NCBI RefSeq assembly: GCF_036321535.1
Contig: NC_087436.1
Coordinates: forward strand, 3,968,001-4,032,000
Direction of reading: 5' to 3'
Origin: Camelus dromedarius
Taxonomy: Eukaryota
Length of the DNA: 64,000 nt
The position numbers and the translations under genes are program-made. The notes below the pieces were generated by a model. That model did no database searches. It saw nothing but the letters and a program-made list of their open reading frames with translations, and was not told the origin of the DNA. How positions within the stretch are numbered: position 1 is the first letter of the stretch; every line of letters begins with the position of its first letter. Positions 12,136 through 24,900 of this stretch are shown in pieces.

Positions 12136-14230
12136 TGCTCTTGCTGCTTTTTAATGTCTTCTTAGGTAATTCCGTTGTCCATTGGCTTGCAAATATCTCC
12201 TCATTTGATTTAAGAAATATAGCATGCCTTAAGAATTTTAAAATAAGGAATGAAGACTTACTGGTTAATGCTGGGTGTATTTTTATAGGCCATTTATTAA
12301 AAACAAGTAGTTCTCTAAACAGAATTTATTCAGTGTGCCTAGAATATGATTCAGTTAAAAATGATTTTCCTTTAAATTCTTTTCAGAAATTTTCTGTGAT
12401 ATTTTTATCGAATAGTAGTTGAAGTTTTCTGAGGAGGGGTTACATTTTGAAAAGATTATTCTAGTAACAATTGATATATTAAATAAATGATTCATATCCT
12501 TGGACAGCGTAAAGCCCTGTTCTTTTTTTAAATATATATAATTTTGGGGCTTAGTTCTATGTCATTTTATTGGGCAGAAGTATTTCCCATTTCCATTTTA
12601 CAGGCAGAGAAGATGAGTCATACGATACTCATTACACAAGAGCAGCAGAGGCTGATTAATTTGGGCAGAGGAGGAAAAGTGTGTGGAGAAAAACTCCTTA
12701 TTCTCAAACTGGACACATTCTGCAGTGCTGTGCAGCTGGAACGGTTTTGAATTTGCTTCTAGGCTGTCCTAGGTTTCGGCCCATGTGCCTGGAAAGGTCA
12801 CTCGGGCAAACATGCTAATTTAAGAAGCTTGTCATTCTAAATGCTCTTAAGAGGATTAAACAAAGTCCACAGCAAATAAATGAACATGTTTGGAAGGTTT
12901 TCCACCCTCATGTAATTTCCAGAAAACAGACATGATTCACTTGCTAAACCAAACACACAGGTATATTAATGAGCCTGGTTCACATGACTGGACAGCACGG
13001 AGGGAGCCTCATCTATTGGCGTGGGTTCTGCTGCAGGAACCGCACCTGAAGGTTTAATTAGAATTTATTTCCAGCGAGTGCTGCTCCAGCCTTTTTCTCC
13101 CCAATGTAAGAAAGCGCCCTCCTTGCCTGGCCATTAGTCTGCAGAGCCCCGCGGCTCACACACTCCCCTGCTCATCAGGATGCTGATGGAGCCAGCTTGC
13201 TTAGACACACTTAGTTACACTCGCAGCGGGGATCATCAGTCTCTTCTGTGTGTTCACCTCCACGTGCAGGGGAGAAAATCGAGTTTTGCTGGAGACAAAC
13301 GCTAATTGACCACCAGTTGTTTCAGAGGGACTGTGATGTTGAAAACTGGAGTCCATTTCATTTTTATATGTTGGATGCAGACAAACTGCACGGCGACACC
13401 CCCACTGTAAGTACACCTACCAGGGAGGGGGTCGGAATTTTGATCTGCACGTATTCAGATCCTGGCACTGGTCAGCTTACAGTGTTCTCGCTGGGTTTGG
13501 GAGACTGTTTCCGTAGTGATTTATTTGGTTTCCAATAAATTTGCACAGCCGTCTCCTTCAGTCGAGTTCTGCTGAGTTCAGTTGGGAGGGGCATGTGAAA
13601 TTGGGGCAGGCAGAGAGGTGCAATGAAGACTAGACACCATCTGGTTACCTCTCATTTTTTATGGGCCCAAAAATGCTTGTCTTGTTTTCTTTTCTCCTCC
13701 ATCTACCCCTTCAGGTCAGGGAGTCGTCTTCAAGAATTTCATCCTAAAATATAAAGTAATGAAGAAGGCAGTGTGTCTCTTTGGTTGATTTCATTTGACT
13801 TGGGTTCATTGTTAAAGATTTTCCAGTGAGGAGTTTGTGAGCTTTTAAAAGCTGGAAGTGCAGCACAACCAAGGAGAGAAAGTCAGAGAAACGAGTCAGC
13901 GGCCCCTGTGAGGTCTGCAGGACGAAGGCAGGAAGTGGGGCGGAGGCAGCACCGTGGCCTCCCCTGTAGCCCTGAGGCCAACGTGGGCATGAAAAGCCAG
14001 CTTCTCTTGTCACCATGTGTTCTACCAGGTCTCCAACTAAAGGAATGCGAGGAGATTTGGAGAGGCCTTACCTTTTACCCTCTTGTCAAACATCTTTAAT
14101 GCTGACTGTATTTATTCAAGATGACACAGAGATCACCTGCAGAGCTTGAGGGAGCGGTGCTTGCTTCCTGACTTGCCCGCCCCAGGCTCACTCATCAGAC
14201 TCCTGATTCTTGCAGGCACTGCAGTGCCCG

Positions 14231-14290
14231 TGGGGGGCGCTCTGCTCCTGGGGGGGGTCTCTGCTCCTGTGGGGGGAGCTCTGCTCCTGG
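14231..14290. repeat. Short G-rich tandem repeat (about 20 bp x3)
   Basis: gggggg..ctctgctcctg occurs three times in tandem. Confidence 0.85.
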
Positions 14291-17200
14291 AGGAGCTGGG
14301 CACTGGAGTGCTCACATTGGAGCCGGTCGCACAAGCGCTGATCCCTCACCACGTGATGAGCCCTTTGTGTAAGTAGTAGAGGTGGGAAACAGAGTCTTCC
14401 TGTGTCTACGGAGTTCTCCAGTAAAGCCAACTTGGAGGAAAGAAAGAAAATGCCTACTATTCCATGACTATGTCCTAAGGGTTTAAAGCTCACTGCGGAG
14501 CACACGTGAGATCTCATCCAGTAAATACTCTGGGGTCTTGACTCTGACTTGTCATGAATTTGGCATTCTCATAATGTTGTTTCTCTTAAAACATGTCTAA
14601 GCAACCATTTTTGTGTGATGGTTATGTGTGCGTAAGGGTCCTGAAGAAACTGTTGTGGATGGAAGTGTGGGCATCAGTGGTACCAGAAGGCCTGGTGGCC
14701 CTGGGGGCTGCCCGAGCTGCACACCATCTGTTACCAGCAGTCTTTCAGGTCGCATCTTATTCCAGAGCTCACCGGGGCTCCCATCTCTCACTATGTGTCT
14801 TGAGAGAATATTTGTTCAGAGGGTAGGGGACAGGGTGCTTCCAAGTCTGGGTTCTGGGGTTCCCTGTCTAAAGGTGGCACTGGCACAAATCCTTTATTAA
14901 TGGAGTAATGAAGCCCCACAGTCTAGTGGCTAATTGGGCCTCCCTGTCCTTCTTCATGTTAGGAGCTGGAGGGCTTGGGTAAGGCCCCCAAAGCTGTTTT
15001 TGGTGAGCTTTCAGCCCTATCACACCACCTGGGTTGTCCCGTTTCAGTCACATGACTTTGATTTTTGCAGGTAGGTGTGACTCCTGGACAGTGACTGGGA
15101 CTTCCAGGTTTCCCCTACAGTAGGAACACTGAAGAAATTTCAACCCGTAAGTTGTGTTCGGGGGCCTCGAGGACAAGTAGGGACCCACATAAAGATATCT
15201 GGATGGGTGGCGATCAGGCCCGAGTCTTGGAAGGACAGAGATTCCATTACTGTTGTAACAGTGAACTTAAGGGAGGAATTCGGGAAGGTCTGATGCAATT
15301 GAGATTAAAAATATTATCTGGCTTTTATTGTTAGCAGTAGTGGTTTTTAACCCTTAGACTCATTCCCGCTTTTTATAAGAAATATTTTGTAACCTTTCCT
15401 TTTTGGTGCCCGGAATTGAACATCATGGAAAGTGTAACCTAAGTATAAATATGATAAACAAATAGACAGGTAGATGGAAAGATGGGGTACCTAAATTCTT
15501 ATATTATGGGGTATTTAATATTTATGCTAATTAGTGACCTCTCAGGACAAAAGGCACATACAAAGGAAGTCACTTCTAATAAACTATTTTTCCAACCATT
15601 ACCTAACTGGGAAACAAGTGGCTTCACAATGTTAGAGCACTTCCCAGGCCCCGGGGAAAACTCCTTGTCAGAGTTACACTTGCTGATGGTGTCCTGTGCC
15701 AAGTGCAAGCAAATGCTGTTCAGAAGCTGCCCGGAGGCTGACTCCGGGGATTCCTTCTCCGTCGCAGCTGTGAGGGAGCCTTGCCTTTCCTGACCACAAC
15801 CACAGAGGCGATTTTAAATCTCTGAAAACTGCCATACCAGTGTATATCACAACCCCCATAAGATACGTTGAATAAAGTAGAAAACTTTAAGTGCCTCCTT
15901 TAGGATAGAAATAGGATATAAAATAAATCATGATTTAAAAAATTCTAGTGCCTGAATAAGTGCTACATTACACTGGCTGCATTATTAGGTTAGACAACTT
16001 CATTACTGCTTTCCATACCACATCTTCTAATTAGATATTACTTATCTTTTTTTTCCCTAAAGAAAAAAAAATCATATGATGCATTCTTGTGTCAGAGGTG
16101 ACAAGCAGAGAGCAAGTGTAAAACCGGAAATCGTGATGATGGTCAGTCTAATATCAGCTCCGTCACTGCGCAGATCATCTTAACTCATTTTACTGCACTT
16201 TTTGGAATTACCTTCTCACTTGGAAAATCCCCTGTGTCAGTTAGATTTGTTAGTAAAAGAATTTGTTTTCTTACTTAGTGCATCAGTGATGTTTTCAAAA
16301 TGATAAAAAATTTTGCCCATTGGATTTAAACAGTTGCTTGTTCTCGTAATTCATGGCTCACGGTCTCGTATTTGTCACAATTGGAGAACTGTGTTTTCTG
16401 TGTGCAAATTCTCATTGCTTTGGTGACGCAGGGACACGTGTCCTTACTGGATGGAGTATGATAGTAGTTGTTTGCATTCTCTCCCTAAATCTGGAGTCCT
16501 GTGTTATGATTCCTGTTAACTTAAAAAATATGAATATTGTTATTTACCTAAGTAGATAACATCGCACCAGTGATGCATATCAAATTGGTCCAACTAGGAA
16601 TTCCAATATTAAATGAGACAGTAATTTCACAACTCACTATTCCAAAAATTTGGATTGATGGTTCAATTATACCAGGGACATTACCTGTTGTAATTGAATC
16701 AATCATTGCTTTCTTCAATAAAAGTTTCCATTCCATCTGCTCTTTTGTTTTATTGTTCTTCAGTGTTTTGTTTGCTTTCTTTCCCAAATATATATGATTT
16801 TGGTTTTGTCATTGAAAATCCTTGCTGGTTTTGCTACCTCATGCTGGAGAGGAAGGCTTGTGACTGTTTTATAGTCACTGATTTCATGGTTGTATGAGTG
16901 CTTAATGCCACCTTGCAGGGATGTGGAGACCTAATGAAGTATGTGCATAAAAGGCTTAGTCTACATTGAGTGCAGGGTTAGTGTGAGCAGCTCATGTCAT
17001 CAGTATCATAGTTAATCCATTACAATCATCCTTTGTTAATCAGTGTTATCATTCTAGCGTCTCCAGGAGAGGAAATGTAGTATTCTAAATGCAAATCTTT
17101 GCCACTCTTTTAGTCAATTCAACACCTTTAAAGCTTTGCTGTAATAGGACTGTGTGCCTGCTATCCCTACTTTTGCTTCTCCTGACCCAGGACACGGTCT

Positions 17201-18077
17201 CCACGGCTGGTGATCCACAAGACACTGGATTCTTGGTCCCATGGCTCTGTGTGTTCTGGGACATCTGGGGACTTCAGCACTGTTTTAGGGGCTTTGGTCC
17301 CCACCTCTTCATAGCATTGCTGAGATGAGATCTGTGGGTTCACCCTCATTCTTGAGTGTATTGTGCATTTTTTCTAGAACCAACACACGCCACCGTGGCA
17401 GCACTGCTTTGACCACGTGCTGGGGCAGCGTGTGCTTGTCAGTTCTTGGGTTTAAATTTTCTGTTCTAATTTCTATAATGGGGTATATTGACAGATACAC
17501 TCCATGTAAACAGAAGCTCTGTGGGGTTTTCAGCAACTTCTAAGAGCATAAATATTCCTGAAGCAGCTAACCTTCCTCCCAACAAGTGAGAAGCAAGCTG
17601 GTAAGTCCTGGGTGCCTGTGGCGGCCAAGCTGTGCAGCCCAGGCTGCTCACTGAGGTGCAAGGAGAAAAACTTAAAAACCTACTTCCATGTTGTGTTTCA
17701 CAGAATCTCAGAACTGAACGTTTTAATATTTAAAGAGGGGTGATTTTTTTATATATTATTTTATTTTTTCCTTTTTCAGTATTATTAGGTAGAATTATTA
17801 CAGTTCAACTCCACATACACATTGCATGTAAATACCTGTATAGAATATACTGCATTTTTTAGTTTACATATATGTACTAATTATTGTTTCTAAGAACACA
17901 TTAGAGTTTTAGATTTTTAAACTTACATAGTTACCAGAGGAATAAAGCCAACAACAAAAGAATAATAAACAGAATATGGTAATCCAATCACAAAGGACAG
18001 TCTTATGTGCTTACACATATTCAAGAAATCAAAATAATAATTATTTCATTTGTGGTCTTATTATTATTGCTATTAAT

Positions 18078-18285
18078 TTTAGGTTCCTCATAAATGAAGT
18101 CATATGGCATTTTTCTTTCTCTTTCCACCCCACTTCACTTAGAATGACAGTCTTCAGGTCCATCCATGTTGCTGCAAATGGCATCTTTTATGGCTGAGTA
18201 GTATTCCATTGTAGATATGTATCACCTTGTCTTTATCCAGTCATGAGTTGATGGACATTTGTGTTGTTTCCATGTTTCTTGTTCT
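18078..18285 (-). mobile_element. L1 ORF2-end/3'UTR fragment
   Basis: cttcacttagaatgacag...tccatccatgttgctgcaaatggca...tttatggctgagtagtattccattgt is typical antisense L1. Confidence 0.9.
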
Positions 18286-20499
18286 ATGTCCCTTCTGGCA
18301 ACAATTACTGATTTTAAACATTTTCCACCTTAAAATCCTTCCTGAAGGAGATGTGGTAACAAGAATCAAAAACAGTTACAGCACAGGGTGGTGTGTGATG
18401 GGCCCTAGGGGCTTGATAGGAAGGTTGGCAGAAAGGATTTCAGATTCTGATGAAATGATTCCTCCTCTTGTAGCCCTGCCTACCGCCTCTCTCACAGCCT
18501 GACCTACAAGTCTGACCAGTCCCTTTTGTGAATCCCACTGTATTGTGCACAAATTTTTTCCAATTGATGTCATCCCGCAGGGAACTTAGGTAAGGCACCC
18601 AAGCTCCTGTGTTGGTTTCTTCCATCAGCCCTTAACTTCCTTGGGAGCCAGGACTGTCTCATTGCCCCAAGGATCCCTAATGCCTAGTGAGATGCCTGAT
18701 ACAGCTGGTACTTAACAAGCACATGAGTCAAATGGAAAAACCTGAACAAAGGAATGCCCCTTATTTTTCAGACATGCCTACTTGAGTACATAGTGTAAAA
18801 TGACATGTTTTCTTGGATTTGCTGTCAAATACTTCAACAAAGGACAAATAAAAGAACAAAGGTCTGAATAAAGGAAATATGGAAATGTTTGTGAATTCCT
18901 TAATCTGGGTGATGGGCTTATTGTACTATATTTATTGATGTATACTTAAGTTATTTTATGATTTTACTATCTTTAGCTGAATAGCAAGTATTAATACGTA
19001 TTAATTGAAATCCTTTGAGCAGACCAAATTTACCCCACACAAAATCCTTAATATCCTAGTAGTCTGTCTTACAGAAATCTTTTCCCATAAAGACAGGAAA
19101 AAAGGGAAAGACAGATCCGTGCAGTATTTCCATATTGTCAAAAGGCCAAAGACCGACACAAAAGAAGAGATTCTAAAAAAGATAGAGGCTGAAATCAATG
19201 TCCTGAAAACCTAGCCAAGAATTCTAAATGTCCCAACTTAACTAACCTCAGCACTGCCGCATCAAGAATGGGGCAAGTAGAACCTTGAGGATTTTTTTTT
19301 TAAATAAATAAATAATGATCCAGTTCCTACCACAGGCAATTATGCTAAGAGTGAGTATAAGTTCTAACACCAACTAGTGTACAAATTATAATTTCTACTT
19401 GATTCAAACTGCTTCTTCTATAAAATCTGAATCTTTTTATTCTTAAGACAGATTTGTGGCATATGACCTAGTGATAAAATTTTCAACTCGCTTGTATTCA
19501 AAAAGTTCACCAATGTGAGAGTTTATTACATCAACTATTGCTTTTTGGGAAACCCATGTGCCTTGTCACTCTCTTCCATAAGATTTCCTGTGGAAAATTC
19601 AATCCCTCATTCAGGAAAGGGCTGAGTAAACGGTCTGATGGAAAACCTTCATAAACTGCAACACAAGAAAGTGAAAATGACAGTGAGCAGCCCGTGAAGC
19701 TGGAAGACACACACAGCGCACGGCTGTGTTCCCGCCGTGACTTTCTGTAAACAGCAGGGGAAATGTGCATCTCAAGAAATAGACATAAACACTTCTCAGG
19801 ACCTGAGCACACAATTTCCCTTTCAGGGTTTAGTGGGCTTCCATTTAATTCTATGAGAAGTGTTTAAAACAACAGAAAAACAGCTGAGATATGGTTTAAA
19901 GTAAGTTATGTCTTAGTGAAAATAAAGCCAGCTGATAGTTATCATTTTTACTTTATTTGATCTCACTCTCCTAATTTACCTCCTCAACCTCCGCCAGAAA
20001 ATGATGGTGAAGGTCCCCTCCTGGGTCAGAAGGCTAAGTAGAAAGTACCAATCACATGGAGGTGTGCTTTGTTGTTATATTTTTCAAAAGAAACTTGTTT
20101 CATTCATGTGATTTACTAATTAAGATCAAGAAACAAACTCTATTCAATAAATGGTAGCCAACACATGTCATCATATCTGCTCATCAGGTTTGGCCCCATG
20201 TTACACACATTTACATGGACATGTGACATGTGCTGTCATGGGACATGGTGAGTGGGGACAGGGTCTCTGCTCTCACAGGGCACACAGCCTGGTGGGGGAG
20301 GCGGTGTTCAATCATTGCCCTTTTTTTTTAATGTACTTACAAATTATGGGAAATGCTATTTAAAAAGAACAAAGTGAGTCAATGAAAGTGAAAAATTCAA
20401 GGACAGTATTTAGGCTGAGGGAAGACAGGGAACCTCTTTGAAGAGCTGACACTCCACTGAGACCCAAAGGGCAACTCCGGTGCTGCAGGTGAAGGGCAG

Positions 20500-21497
20500 G
20501 GACACATTGATAAAGGGCTGAAATCCAGAATACACCAAAATCTCTTTAAACTCAACAAGAAGAATGAATAACCTGCTTAAAAAATGAGCAAAATGCCTCA
20601 ACACACACCTCAACATAGAAGGAAACTAGTTGCCAAAGAAGTTCATGGAAAGATGCTCCACAGCATCTGTCATCAAGGGGCTGCAGACTGAAACAGCGAG
20701 GTACCACTGCACACCTGTCAGAACTGCAAAAACGCAGAACACTGACAGCACCAAATGCTGCTGAGGATGTGGAGCGTCAGGAATTCTCATGCATTGCTGG
20801 TGGGAATGTAAAATGGCCCAGATACTTTGGAAGACGGTCTGGCAATTTTTTACAAAACTAGACGTACTCCTAACATATGATCCGGCAACTGTGCTCCTTG
20901 GTGTTTACTCGACGAAATGGAAACTTGTGTCCATACACAAATCTGCATACAGATGTTAATAGCAGCTTTATTCATAATCACCAGACCTCAGAAGCAACTA
21001 AGCTGTTCTTCAGTAGGTGAATGGATAAATAAACTATGGTCCAGGCAGAAAATGGACTATTATTTGGTGTTAAAATGAAATGAGTTATCAAGGCATGGAA
21101 AGACATGGAGGAACCTTAAATGCATATTACTAAGTGAAAGAAGCCAATCTGGGAAGGTTCTGCAACTGTGTGATTCCAACTGTATGGTGTTCTGGGAAAG
21201 GCAAAACCACAGAGACTAAAAGATCAGAGGCTGTCAGAGGCTAGAGGGGAAGGAGAAATGAATGAGGTGCAGCACGGAGCATTTTTAGGGTCACTTATAC
21301 AGACTACTCTGTATGATGCTGTGACGGTGGATACATGTCATTGTACATCTGTCCAAACCCACAGAGTGCACACCACCAAGTGTAAATCCTAGTGTCAAGC
21401 ATGGGCTCTGGGTGATGATGACGTGTCAGTGTAGGTTCACCCATTGTCGCAAATGAACGCTCTGGTGCAGGCGTCAATAGTGAGGAGGCTGTGGGGA
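20500..21497 (+). mobile_element. Old L1 (L1M-type) 3' fragment
   Basis: Contains cattgctggtgggaatgtaaaatgg, gcagctttattcataat and aaccttaaatgcatattactaagtgaaagaagccaatctg. Confidence 0.9.
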
Positions 21498-21685
21498 CAA
21501 ACTGCAGTTCATACACCCAATCCAGCCCCAGCCACCGCTGTTAATAAAGCTCTGTTGGTATGTGGACTGTCCGGCTGCTCTGGCGTCTGAACAGCAGAGC
21601 TGTGCAGCTGCACCAGAGATCAGGAGGTTTGCAGACCCTGAAATATTTACTCCCAAGCCCTTGACAGAAAAAAGCCTGCTGTGTC
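21498..21685. mobile_element. MER58-like hAT DNA transposon remnant
   Basis: Contains acagcagagctgtgcagctgc...ccctgaaatatttact...cccttgacagaaaaaag. Confidence 0.6.
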
Positions 21686-21784
21686 CTGTTCTACACGAAT
21701 CACAATTCACCCGGATGAGACAGAACAGCAGGGCCCAAACCAGGCATGGTTAATGGGACAGAAGCAATGTTTTAGTTCCAACAC

Positions 21785-21998
21785 CTTTGCTGAAGTCCTG
21801 CAGATCCAGCGACAGACTGTAGCCAGGAAGCGTCTGCAGAAGGAGTCGGTAGCAGGCCTTCCCGCCAGGCTCCGGGATGCCAGGGGCCGCGCGCTGCACG
21901 GGGGCCACCCGCTTGAAGAAAGAGGACTTGCAGTGGAAGCTGATCAACTCATAGAGCTCGGAGAGGATGCTGCACTGCTGAATTCTCTCCTAGGAATG
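21785..21998 (-). pseudogene. TRAPPC9: TRAPPC9 pseudo-exon (human exon 8 equivalent), 214 nt
   Basis: cag|CAT TCC TAG GAG AGA ATT...TTC AGC AAA G|gt translates to [70 protein letters not shown]. Recalled human is [72 protein letters not shown]. Stop at 21990-21992; one codon deleted. Confidence 0.95.
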
Positions 21999-24900
21999 CT
22001 GAAGCACAGGGAGAAAAGCAACAAGCATCTGAACGAAACATGTAAGTGAAAAAAGACACTTAAAAAAGGTTTTCCCATAAAACAGAGACCTGATGACACA
22101 GGAAGGAAGAGGAATGCTGACTTCGTGCACTGACCGGACCGGATGCAGAAACGCAGGGAAACAGCGCTGTGCATATGCTCCAGGCCCCCTCTGGGCCCCA
22201 CCTCTCCATGTTCAGCCTGTCCTTTTCCTAGAAAGGCCCGTAGTCCCTGAAACAGAGGAATCTGCTCCCTACACATGAGACGCAGAGAAGGGAAGGAGCA
22301 AAAGAAAGGGAAAGTAAAGGAACAACGTTTCATCTAGACCCTAGGATTTGGACGGGACTTTCACCAAACACAGAACCTCTCAAAGCACAGAGCACACAGT
22401 GAGAGGCTGACAGTGTGACTGCGACTTCTGCTCCTTAAACACCAGCTACCTGCCAGCACACGCTGTGCCCGTTACTGAATCATTACAATCATTTCAGAAA
22501 CTATTACTACCCCGGCTCACAGGCAAGGAAATCTGAAACTCGGGGAGGAATTAGTATCATCCTGGACAAAGTCCCACGACCCAGAAGTGTCAGAGCCTCC
22601 GGCAGACCCTGGACTAAAATGCTCCTCATCACCACGGGCCCTGAGCCTCAGGCTGAGGCCACGTCAGGTCTGCATGGGCCCAGAGCACGAGTCTGTGGGA
22701 CAGGGAATGCTCCCACTCGAAGTGCCAGGCCAAGGCCCTCAGGAGCCTATGAAATGAAACCAAATCCCCAAACTCATTTCCAACCCACTGCCCTGTCCGG
22801 GAGGACTGCTCGGCACATCTGTGCTGTCACCTGTGCACAGGCTGTGAAAGGGGAACAGACAGTGACTTGACGTCCCAGTGGAAGTGGCTTGGAGACCGCT
22901 TCATCACAGGACAGACTCTCCCAGCTTCCAACGTTAACTCTCCATTCCATTTCCAACTGGAAAGTAAGTTTAGACTTGTTTTCCTCTCCTAGAAACAAAG
23001 AGACTGGTAACATCAGCGGGAAACTCAAGACATAGGAAGAGTCTCCTGGTCATTTGGAAGGATAGGCCAGAGAGGGAACAGAGACAGGGATCAGAAAGAC
23101 CCGTGTTCCAGTCCAAAGTCTGCACATCACTCGCTTTGACAGTTTCCTTATTAATACAGGTGAAAAAATCTAATTATGATTGTTGGGAAAATTAATTGAA
23201 ATAACGTATGCCACTAGCATACGTCTAAATTCCTTCATGAGTGTCCCAGAAATGGACGTGATCATGGTTAGTTACTGTCTGCCAAGTCTTGGGTGCTAAG
23301 CTCACATCAGCCAGCCAGAGATGTGCCAGAGAATGCCTCACCAGCCAGCAGCCTTCTCCAACTTGGAAACTCACAGTGTCTGAAGAACAGGCAGTGGTGG
23401 ATGCTTTGGGACACTCTGGAGGTAGCACTCCAGTGATGACTTTAAAAAGCTGGGGAGAATTTAGGGGACCATACAGTTCAAATACAGAAAACACATTCCA
23501 TGTCTACCCACATTCATCTCTAGCCATGATGATTCAGAGAGGAAATACATATTCAAACGTACACCATTTTCCCACATAAGTGTATCAAAACAATTTGGAA
23601 AGAATGTAACTTTCTTCTCTAGATCACACAGCGGGGATTACAAGGTTTGTACTGACAGCCCTACTTGTAAAACATCTGCTAACATAACTGGGTCCACTAT
23701 GAGTCATCATCATTCGAAGAGAAGGATGGAAAAGAACAAAGCCTAGCTAATACGCTCCAGTCTTTTGTTGGGTTATGATGTCACAGAGGAGACGGACAGC
23801 TCAATAAGGAACCACTGTGCCATGATCACGGAGCCGGGGAGCGGGATGGGCGGCAAGATGTGTGACGCAGCCGCAGCTGTGCCCGCGCTTCTAGGCAGGA
23901 ACCCAGTCTCCTCGACAAGGTGTCAAACGCTTGTGCCCACTTCCTCATCACCTGACATGTATTAAAGAGAAATGAAAACCTATAAATGGCCAATATCCTC
24001 GGTGGGCACACCGTCCAAAGAGCAAAGTCACAGTTTGACAACTGGCCATCCCGGTTCCCTGGGATTCATTCTTGGAGAACCTTAAAAACCACTCCTCTGT
24101 CCTCAAGAACTGCTGCCTACTTGTCCTATCTTTGGCTCAGGGATACAGCACGTTCACGTGGACTTTAATGTCGGCACAGATTTGACTGTCTTTCTCCAGG
24201 TTCACTTGTCCATTCTGAAGAGGCCTGAGCTAAGTCCATCCTCCGTAAGATCTATTCCCTCCTGTGACAACTCATCGAGCCTGCAATTAAAAGCCAACTG
24301 AACAGGAGTGTCCTCAGCTAAAAATGTCACCCACCCTTTGCTGTTTTCTTAATCTCCTCTCCTGGCTAATTGCAACAGACTAACACTTCCCTCCACCCAA
24401 CTCCCCAACTATGTCAAACAGAAAGTAAGGTCCATAAAAGAGGAGACAACTCTATAGTCACCTCTGAATTCCTAGCATATACTAATGTCAATAAATTGAA
24501 CTATGATTATGGCTTCTTTCCTTTAAAACCTTTCTGGTTATTTAAATGAGACCTTGGAACAGAGCTGTTTGGGTCTAGTATCTTGATCCAGAAAACTCAG
24601 GAGGCCTTTTTGGGAATGGCTGTTCACTGATTCATTCAAAACCCAACTTCTCATTCCGGGAGGAGCTGTGATTTTCTGCCAGGAGATTGTGGTAACTCTC
24701 ATGACAGAACAGCTTTAAACTAAATCCTTACTTTCGATTTGTTATTTTTCCCTGATTCCAAAAAAATTGACTTTCCTTCATTTCTTGCTTGAGGAATGAT
24801 GTTTTTCTTTCTTTCTAATTCACCCTTTATTAAACAGGCTTCTCAGAATGTGCTTGGCCTTACATAGGATGAGCCATCCAACTCCCAGTGTGAGAGGCCT

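Noticed and set aside
16133..16260. C/D-box snoRNA (gtgatga C-box)
   Set aside because: No D box (ctga) with a terminal stem at a suitable distance.
21681..22049. 122-aa plus-strand ORF
   Set aside because: Antisense shadow of the GC-rich TRAPPC9 pseudo-exon.
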